Assembly: GCA_964590305.1 (NCBI GenBank)
Contig: CAZPYI010000001.1
Location: 1 to 41,575 of the forward strand
Reading direction: 5' to 3'
Origin: an uncultured Streptococcus sp.
GTDB taxonomy: Bacteria; Bacillota; Bacilli; Lactobacillales; Streptococcaceae
DNA length: 41,575 nt
The notes under the pieces are model-generated. The model had not been told where the DNA came from and did not search any database. It worked only from the letters and a program-made list of their open reading frames with translations. This document shows positions 35,816 to 41,575 of the stretch, piece by piece (position 1 is the first letter of the stretch; each line of letters opens with the position of its first letter). The position numbers and the translations under genes are program-made.

Positions 35816-36016
35816 TTAGTTAAACTTGCTTAATGCCAATTCAATAGATTTATTCAATTCTTCAGGATTACAATTAATTCCAAAACCTTGCGCCCCATCT
35901 TTAAGATCACCAAAAGCCATTACTTCAAATAAATCACCAACCTTATTAACACTTAGTTCATTATCAGAACCAAACTTAACCTCAACTGACTCAAGCTTAT
36001 CAATCATACCAAACAT
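35816..36016 (-). CDS. Hypothetical protein (start revised to MFGMID)
   Basis: AAGGAG RBS; TGG-TATATT extended -10 upstream. Confidence 0.65.
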   Translation of the reverse strand: MFGMIDKLESVEVKFGSDNELSVNKVGDLFEVMAFGDLKDGAQGFGINCNPEELNKSIELALSKFN

Positions 36017-36075
36017 AAAAACTCTCCTTTTAAAATAACAATATACCACAAAACAACAGACAATAAAAAACTGCA

Positions 36076-36255
36076 TTAAAGCGGTTTGAATTCAATATTT
36101 CCACATGGCTTTTCTATTGACCAGCCCCATGCACCAAATTGCCTATACTTATCATTATTTAATTTAAAATAGATTGCAGTATTTTCAAGAACCCTACTCA
36201 TTCTATAATGCGTCGCCCCACTCGGAGCATTCCTCCTAATCTCTTGCTCAGTCAT
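36076..36255 (-). CDS. Small PxGATHY-family protein (not in ORF track)
   Basis: 59 aa MTEQEIRRNAPSGATHYRM...EFKPL; GGAG RBS. Confidence 0.75.
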   Translation of the reverse strand: MTEQEIRRNAPSGATHYRMSRVLENTAIYFKLNNDKYRQFGAWGWSIEKPCGNIEFKPL

Positions 36256-36544
36256 TTAATAGCTCCAATAAATCATCAGCATCAACATATTCTTCTGTTG
36301 TGTATCCATGCCATTCGCTAAGTGGGATTGATTTCTTTTTATCCTCAACCCATTTAATCACAGAATCAATCTTCTTTTGTCGCTCTTGGAATGCAAACCA
36401 TGCTCCGTTTATGCGAGCTAATGATATATATGAAGCCCCAGTTACTGAGCTATAACTATTTAAATCCGCATTATAATAAATACCACACTGGAGTGTTTCC
36501 TTAATCTCTGAAATTTCCTCAAACTTGCTTCTCAAATCACTCAT
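36248..36544 (-). CDS. Hypothetical protein (start revised to MSDLR)
   Basis: GGAGG RBS; GAWFAFQERQKKID motif. Confidence 0.7.
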   Translation of the reverse strand: MSDLRSKFEEISEIKETLQCGIYYNADLNSYSSVTGASYISLARINGAWFAFQERQKKIDSVIKWVEDKKKSIPLSEWHGYTTEEYVDADDLLELLND

Positions 36545-36567
36545 AACTTCCTCCATTAATTTACTTA

Positions 36568-36615
36568 ATTTTATTAAATTTTTATCATCACTACTAATGA
36601 AACTTTTTTATAAGT
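36568..36615 (-). promoter_or_regulatory. Conserved phage promoter, copy 4
   Basis: ACTTATAA-N6-TTCATTA-N21-TAAAAT. Confidence 0.75.
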
Positions 36616-36633
36616 CACTAAACTTTTGGTAAT

Positions 36634-37063
36634 AAAAAAGACCCTTTCGAGTCTTAGTGATAACACTGATACACTTTGCATTTAATCTATGCGCTAAAGC
36701 CTTCTGTATCTAAGGGCTAGTGGTTGCACTTTCATTGATCCACTTCGCAATCCATAATATCTCTTTCGAGTTTGTGCTTTCGGATGAATTTAACTTTAGT
36801 AGAGTGAACCAACAGGAATCAAACCTGTACCAGTGGCGCATATAAATATGGAGAACTGGACTCTTTCGGATTAAATTCACTCTCTAAAATTGCCACACTT
36901 TCGTTGCGGTCAAAACCAATAACCGAATAGGAATCCCTGTTCCACTATACAGCATAAATCACTGGCTTAGTTATTGATCGGCAACGTGCGAATAGTTGCA
37001 TATAGACACATAACAACAGCCTACTTTACCTACACTGTGTCGCCCACAGATTCGATCAATAAC
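36634..37063 (-). ncRNA. Candidate ~430-nt structured non-coding RNA (or polycistronic small RNA precursor)
   Basis: TGG-TATAGT promoter at 37074-37066; terminator AAGACTC-GAAA-GGGTCTT-TTTT at 36655-36634; no ORF of 60 aa or more; consecutive closed multi-stem modules; five CGAAAG; one T-arm-like hairpin. Confidence 0.7.
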
Positions 37064-37089
37064 CCACTATACCACACCCACCAAAAAAG

Positions 37090-37272
37090 TTAATTCAATT
37101 TACTGATATGGTTATCAATTGATCTAATGATAATATCCAATGTATTCCTAAAATCCTCAATAGTTTCATCTTCTTGCAATGATGTTTCTAGCCAATCCCT
37201 AACATCTTCTACAGTCTTTATATGATCAGAAGCATCAAAACTTGGCAAATCTTCAACCTTAATCTTACTCAT
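37090..37272 (-). CDS. Truncated antitoxin-like protein (resembles the N-terminal half of HI1420-family addiction-module antidotes)
   Basis: FDASDHIKTVEDVRDWLETSLQE...FRNTLDIIIRS compared with the recalled family pattern FDAAxYLxxxExIxxYLxxALEE...FxxALxxIARA; no HTH follows. Confidence 0.55.
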   Translation of the reverse strand: MSKIKVEDLPSFDASDHIKTVEDVRDWLETSLQEDETIEDFRNTLDIIIRSIDNHISKLN

Positions 37273-37379
37273 AACTCTTTCACCTTATCACACTTAGAAC
37301 AAACCTTAATTAAATCACCATTGTGATCTTTCTCATATTCCCATCTGTGCAAACAAAACAACCTTTTAATTATCTTCAT
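37269..37379 (-). CDS. Small Zn-binding protein, DUF1660-like (not in ORF track)
   Basis: 36 aa MKIIKRLFCLHRWEY...VCSKCDK; CxH...CxxC; ATGA overlap. Confidence 0.65.
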   Translation of the reverse strand: MKIIKRLFCLHRWEYEKDHNGDLIKVCSKCDKVKEL

Positions 37380-37392
37380 CTCTCTGTCACCT

Positions 37393-37674
37393 TTATTTTA
37401 ATCCAACAGCAGTAAAAGCTAACTCAATAGAATTAACAACATAAACAGAACCATTCCATTTACTATGCCAATCAATCTGATCGGGTGTTAATTTCTGAGC
37501 CGACTTTGGCTTATTACCATCCTTAATTTCTAGCAAGTAATTATCACCACCACGGCCAACCAAAATATCAGGGCACCCCTTACCAACACTCGAAAGAATC
37601 TGAACCGTACAACCAGCCTTTCTAAGCGCCTCTACAATCTCATTTTGGTTTGCGTCAATCTTAGCTGCTCTCAT
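37393..37674 (-). CDS. VRR-NUC-like PD-(D/E)xK nuclease / putative resolvase (start revised to MRAAK)
   Basis: DANQ.EIV.ALR..G, G.PDILVG, LLEIKDG, LTPDQ..W...W. Confidence 0.8.
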   Translation of the reverse strand: MRAAKIDANQNEIVEALRKAGCTVQILSSVGKGCPDILVGRGGDNYLLEIKDGNKPKSAQKLTPDQIDWHSKWNGSVYVVNSIELAFTAVGLK

Positions 37675-37675
37675 A

Positions 37676-37882
37676 TCACACCTTAACACATGACTCAGTT
37701 ACCCAATATTCAGTTAAACATGATCTCATCCAAGTCATGCAATCCCAATTGAATTTTATTGCCTCACCATTTACAGCAGACCAATATTCTATTGATCCAT
37801 CAAATTCATCTGTATACTTATAAATATCAAAATTAGGATATTTATCTTTTAAATATGCAGCATTGCTTTTAACTTCCATCAC
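37676..37882 (-). CDS. Hypothetical protein
   Basis: 68 aa ORF in operon. Confidence 0.6.
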   Translation of the reverse strand: MMEVKSNAAYLKDKYPNFDIYKYTDEFDGSIEYWSAVNGEAIKFNWDCMTWMRSCLTEYWVTESCVKV

Positions 37883-38097
37883 CCATTCCTATTATTCATC
37901 ACATTATTTACATTAACGTTTACGCTTCCACCCTTATTTGATAATGACCAAATAAAAGACCACATCCAAAATATAACCGACCAACCAAGCAGAATGTTCA
38001 TTGCAAAAATCCCCCACTTGCTACCATGACCACGAAAAAACGCAATAACAGTTGGTAGCAAATACATCAATAACGCAAATATCAAAGCTAATTCCAT
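37879..38097 (-). CDS. Superinfection immunity protein (T4 Imm family)
   Basis: YLLPT.IA..R.H.....IF..NILLGWS...W.....WSL. Confidence 0.88.
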   Translation of the reverse strand: MELALIFALLMYLLPTVIAFFRGHGSKWGIFAMNILLGWSVIFWMWSFIWSLSNKGGSVNVNVNNVMNNRNG

Positions 38098-38107
38098 TTT
38101 TATATCC

Positions 38108-39043
38108 TCAATGCAAAATATTGTTAATCTCTAAAGCTCGCTTAGAAGTATCATGAATATCTTTCAAATCACGCTCTAAATCTTTATATCCACGTCCACC
38201 AGCAACTAAAGCTTTTTTAACAATATGCTGTAAGCATGGATCGGTCACATTAAATAACTTCAGCACCATGTATGGATCAATAATATTCAATCCGCTAACA
38301 TCTTTATAATAATGACCATGCTCACGATTACTTGCATCAAACATTTCAGCTTCTCCCATTACTTTTTTGATATCCAGTTTTTTATCTTCAACCTCAACTT
38401 TTTCACGTTGCCAAACAAGATCGCCAGTAATTGTACTAGTATCACAATAAAACCATTTGAGATAATATCCATCAAAATACAAATCTTTTTTGTAAAACTC
38501 TATGCTCTTTGATCCACTATAAAAATAGGCAGAATTTGCACCATCTGGAATTTTAATCCAACTATTTGGAATAGGTGTTTCACCAACTTCACAACAAACC
38601 AATTTATACCCTTGATCTGGATTTAAAAATTCTTTCACATTTTTTTCCTTTTGGATTGGTTTTAATAATTTGTAGTAATCCTCATCGTTGTTGAGATTGG
38701 ATAAAATCCATTTCTCTTTCCCGCAATGATAAAAATACAATTCCTTATCATTGGTTAAGTAAAGATCATACAAACAAGGAACATCACCTTCTTGATGAAC
38801 GTTTGCATCATTCGAATCATTCTGATTTAAAATAACCATATCTTTAAGCTGTTCTATTGTGATTTCTTTTGCATTAGAAGCCTTAAAGTTTTTATCGAGT
38901 TTGCAAAAAAATACCTTGCCAGACTCACATATTAGATAGTTCTTAATAGAACAAGTATGATTAAAATACTTAAAACCCAACTGACAAAATAATTCAATAA
39001 GCTCATCCAAATTACTATCAATCCTAATTTTCAAATCTTCCAT
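38108..39043 (-). CDS. Mosaic hypothetical protein with a C-terminal DUF3310-like domain (start revised to MEDLK)
   Basis: HYYKDV....IDPY.V..LF.V.DPCLQH.VKK.L.AG.RG.KD...DL; GAGGTG RBS. Confidence 0.75.
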   Translation of the reverse strand: MEDLKIRIDSNLDELIELFCQLGFKYFNHTCSIKNYLICESGKVFFCKLDKNFKASNAKEITIEQLKDMVILNQNDSNDANVHQEGDVPCLYDLYLTNDKELYFYHCGKEKWILSNLNNDEDYYKLLKPIQKEKNVKEFLNPDQGYKLVCCEVGETPIPNSWIKIPDGANSAYFYSGSKSIEFYKKDLYFDGYYLKWFYCDTSTITGDLVWQREKVEVEDKKLDIKKVMGEAEMFDASNREHGHYYKDVSGLNIIDPYMVLKLFNVTDPCLQHIVKKALVAGGRGYKDLERDLKDIHDTSKRALEINNILH

Positions 39044-39115
39044 CACATCCCACCTCTCAAAATAAAATAAAAAAACAAAGTTCCAATGATAAAGCAAGAT
39101 CCACCGATTATATAT

Positions 39116-39346
39116 TTACTTACCATTTTCAATTCTCATTTTTTCAATTGCATTTTCAATAGTATTCCAGTCATAAATATTATCGACCGATGCACCACCA
39201 TGATATATATTTGCAAACTTTTTAGCTACCACCAAACCATTAACTTTATCGCTAAGTATTTTCCATTTCTTAAAACTCGCCCACTCTGCATATCTAATTA
39301 AAACCATCTGTTGATATGCTGGACTTAACTTATTATCTCTTGACAT
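39116..39346 (-). CDS. Hypothetical protein
   Basis: 76 aa; AAGGAG RBS. Confidence 0.65.
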   Translation of the reverse strand: MSRDNKLSPAYQQMVLIRYAEWASFKKWKILSDKVNGLVVAKKFANIYHGGASVDNIYDWNTIENAIEKMRIENGK

Positions 39347-39728
39347 TAAAAATACTCCTTAAAGCATCAACAACTTGTTTGATTTCTTCTTCTGTGCGCC
39401 ATGTTCCGAATTGACTTCGACATTTTTCCTCTAAAGATCCCTCCCAAAACCCATAATTAAATCCATCAGGGTAATTGGCATCAATATAAAAGAAACGATC
39501 ATCGAGTTTAGGCTCAAAAGGCGCTGGCACTTCAATATTATTTAAAGTGATGGTGCGAGGTTTGAGGCGAAATTCATACCTATGATCTTTAAAAACATCC
39601 AATGAATAACAATCCTCAGCAAGCTCAAATATATCCCAATGCCCTTCATTTTTATATTTCAACTGAACATCATGGTTATCAAAAAACCAAGCAATCAAAG
39701 CCTCTTTACCACTAATTAATTCACTCAT
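39333..39728 (-). CDS. Hypothetical protein (start revised to MSELIS)
   Basis: LISGKEAL, FRLKPRTITLN.IEVPAPFEPK, WRTEEEIKQVV. Confidence 0.75.
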   Translation of the reverse strand: MSELISGKEALIAWFFDNHDVQLKYKNEGHWDIFELAEDCYSLDVFKDHRYEFRLKPRTITLNNIEVPAPFEPKLDDRFFYIDANYPDGFNYGFWEGSLEEKCRSQFGTWRTEEEIKQVVDALRSIFNVKR

Positions 39729-39886
39729 ATTTCCCACCACTTCTTAAATTTTTTATTAAAAAATCTTTGATGATTTTCTAAATTTTTAATTCGTTCTTTC
39801 TGTTTGATTTTGAAATTAAAATCACTTAAAAGAATTATAAAAAATACTGCTCCAGCTACCACTAAAATCCAGAATAAGTAATTCAT
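39725..39886 (-). CDS. Small membrane protein (not in ORF track)
   Basis: 53 aa MNYLFWILVVAGAVFFIILL...; ATGA overlaps on both sides. Confidence 0.6.
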   Translation of the reverse strand: MNYLFWILVVAGAVFFIILLSDFNFKIKQKERIKNLENHQRFFNKKFKKWWEI

Positions 39887-40212
39887 ACCCTTACCATTTC
39901 ATTTTTAAGTTTCTCGTTCAAGTCTGCAATTTGCGACTCAGTCAATTCAATTTTCTGACCTTCTAAAATATCAAAATCACTTTGATCAACTGAAACAGGT
40001 GAGTCAGAAATAATCATGTATTTAAAATCAACTTCAACACCATTCTCAACACTCCCACTCTCATAACAATCAAATGCTTCAATAATCGCAGCAGACTTGA
40101 TGTGACATAATGCGCTATCAGTACCATATTCCAATGCAAAGCAAACACTGTTATTTTCATAATCAACATCAATTTCTTCATTGATTTTACATTTTGGCAA
40201 GCTAACTAGCAT
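39883..40212 (-). CDS. Hypothetical acidic protein
   Basis: 109 aa, D/E-rich; AAGGAG RBS. Confidence 0.7.
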   Translation of the reverse strand: MLVSLPKCKINEEIDVDYENNSVCFALEYGTDSALCHIKSAAIIEAFDCYESGSVENGVEVDFKYMIISDSPVSVDQSDFDILEGQKIELTESQIADLNEKLKNEMVRV

Positions 40213-40237
40213 TTCTTAATCTCCTTTCGATATGGCT

Positions 40238-40285
40238 ATCTTATTAAATAACCACACCGATGACTAATGAAAGATTTTTATGAAT
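40238..40285 (-). promoter_or_regulatory. Conserved phage promoter, copy 5
   Basis: ATTCATAA-N6-TTCATTA-N21-TAAGAT. Confidence 0.75.
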
Positions 40286-40298
40286 AAAATACTTTTGG

Positions 40299-40688
40299 TT
40301 ATGAGTTGTATTGCAAAGCTTTTTCTAAATCAAAAACAAGATTGTCTGTATCCCCTCCATCCTTAGAGAACCCATAGTAGCCATCTTTTGCTTTTGCAAT
40401 CACAGATAGAATTTCCGCAATCCTCTTGTCTTTCTCTTTTAACTCATTTGCGATCTTAAACTTAATGTCACACTCTCTTTGATGTGCCTGAGCAAAGGTT
40501 TCTATGTCTGAGTATGCTTGATCTAACTCATCCTGTCTGGATTGTGCCATATCAACCAGTGAAATAATCATTAATGGTTTTGCCACTGCATCAATAAACG
40601 GCTTGTAATGTCTATTCATTGCATGACAAGCATCTTCAGCAGCACGTTTAATCAGTGTTAATTCTCTATGATCTAAATTACCATTCAT
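40299..40688 (-). CDS. Hypothetical protein
   Basis: 129 aa coiled-coil ORF, ATGA overlap. Confidence 0.7.
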   Translation of the reverse strand: MNGNLDHRELTLIKRAAEDACHAMNRHYKPFIDAVAKPLMIISLVDMAQSRQDELDQAYSDIETFAQAHQRECDIKFKIANELKEKDKRIAEILSVIAKAKDGYYGFSKDGGDTDNLVFDLEKALQYNS

Positions 40689-41014
40689 CTATCTATCACC
40701 TTTGTGCTAGGGCTTATATGGTTTTCAATGTTGGTGCAATGGTCTGTATTGTAGTCGGCTATGGCTTGGCGTAGGTCGTTTAATTCCTGCAACTGATCAA
40801 GAATGTATTCTTCTCCATCGTGATAAATTGATTTAATCCATCCTTTGCCATCTTCAAATACAAGTAAAGCACCGCCAAACCAAACGTAGTAAAGTATTTC
40901 ATTTGGACTGCATACAGAGTCCATATCTCGCCACATTTCAGTATTTTTAGGCGCACCGCTCACAATATTCTTAGCCCTCTCAATCCCACCCACTTGCTTT
41001 ATTAAATCGCTCAT
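40685..41014 (-). CDS. Hypothetical protein
   Basis: 109 aa; GGIERAK.IV.GAP...L.DLRQAIAD; AGGAG RBS. Confidence 0.7.
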   Translation of the reverse strand: MSDLIKQVGGIERAKNIVSGAPKNTEMWRDMDSVCSPNEILYYVWFGGALLVFEDGKGWIKSIYHDGEEYILDQLQELNDLRQAIADYNTDHCTNIENHISPSTKVIDR

Positions 41015-41574
41015 TTCTTTTCTCCTAAAATTCGCTCACTAGCTATTTCAAAATATGTTTCATCTAACTCAATACCTATAGCACTTCTGTTTGTATTTTT
41101 TGCAGCAACAATAGTCGAGCCACTACCCATACAGAAGTCTAAAACTGTTTCTCCTTCTTGAGTGTAAGTCTTAATAAGATATTCAAGCAAGGCTACAGGT
41201 TTTTGAGTGGGGTGAAACCCTTGCTGATTGTTAAATCTTAATATCTGTCTTGGATAGTTTGTGAAGCTCTGTTTATATGAGCTGGAGTTTAATCTTGATG
41301 GTCTTTCATTTATAGTGCCTTTTATTGATCTTTTAGCGGTATTACTTCTTTTTATGTCGACCTTTATTAAACCTTGAGGGAAGTATGGAATTTTTCTAAT
41401 ACTGCCATTTGCTATAGTACCTTCACTAAATACTATTATATTTTCGAAATTCTTTTGAGGTGCATTTTTACAATTAAATATATTTCCAACTTTTGACTTC
41501 TCCCAAATCCAATCATACTTATACTGCTTAATATTACTCATGCGTAAAGCGCTTGAAAAAGGCTCAGAACCAAA
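41011..41574 (-). CDS. DNA methyltransferase, C-terminal part
   Basis: Frame open to the window edge ([14 protein letters not shown]...); [14 protein letters not shown] and [11 protein letters not shown] (motif I). Confidence 0.92.
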   Translation of the reverse strand, partial: FGSEPFSSALRMSNIKQYKYDWIWEKSKVGNIFNCKNAPQKNFENIIVFSEGTIANGSIRKIPYFPQGLIKVDIKRSNTAKRSIKGTINERPSRLNSSSYKQSFTNYPRQILRFNNQQGFHPTQKPVALLEYLIKTYTQEGETVLDFCMGSGSTIVAAKNTNRSAIGIELDETYFEIASERILGEKK

Positions 41575-41575
41575 T

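Noticed and set aside
36795-36888. Canonical tRNA gene
   Set aside because: Has a T-arm-like hairpin but no proper D-arm, 7-nt anticodon loop or acceptor geometry; kept only as a module of the candidate ncRNA
1090-39301. Plus-strand and alternate-frame track ORFs overlapping real genes (e.g. 1090-1413, 13059-13529, 14755-15084, 22000-22359, 35257-35610)
   Set aside because: Antisense or shadow frames of well-supported genes with no recognisable motifs; only the embedded lipoprotein at 9670-9882 is supported
3503-40285. CRISPR array or mini-array explanation for the repeated motif
   Set aside because: Copies are kilobases apart, have no spacer structure and sit at a fixed distance from -10 boxes; no CRISPR-like repeat was seen by eye
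1-41575. Stop-codon reassignment
   Set aside because: Core genes are intact in the standard code, and TAG, TGA and TAA all end genes at sensible boundaries; the TAG at 28421 is an isolated case

Overview
Nearly complete, circularly permuted ~41.6 kb AT-rich myovirus genome; a DNA methyltransferase gene is split across the two window ends. Gene families and tailspike style suggest an Acinetobacter phage with Obolenskvirus-like virion genes (inference, no database search run). Almost all genes are on the minus strand. Modules: packaging/head (TerS, TerL, DUF1073-type portal, head morphogenesis, DUF2213 protease/scaffold, cement, DUF2184 major capsid), neck, contractile tail and baseplate, tail fibre plus depolymerase tailspike, lysis (holin, GH24 endolysin, embedded spanin pair), recombination (ERF and YqaJ, the only plus-strand operon), dCMP deaminase/dUTPase, SSB, and a lambda O/P-like replication module with iterons. 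No integrase was seen, so it is probably lytic. Signals the ORF track misses: (1) a ~430-nt promoter-to-terminator, ORF-free structured RNA unit (36634-37074) next to a truncated orphan antitoxin-like gene; (2) a CCC-TAA +1 shifty stop on the major capsid gene that adds a (PxxGLx)x4 tail; (3) five copies of a 48-bp promoter with a bipartite upstream box at exactly conserved spacing; (4) repeated promoter-inside-hairpin arrangements; (5) a dispersed family of small PxGATHY proteins.
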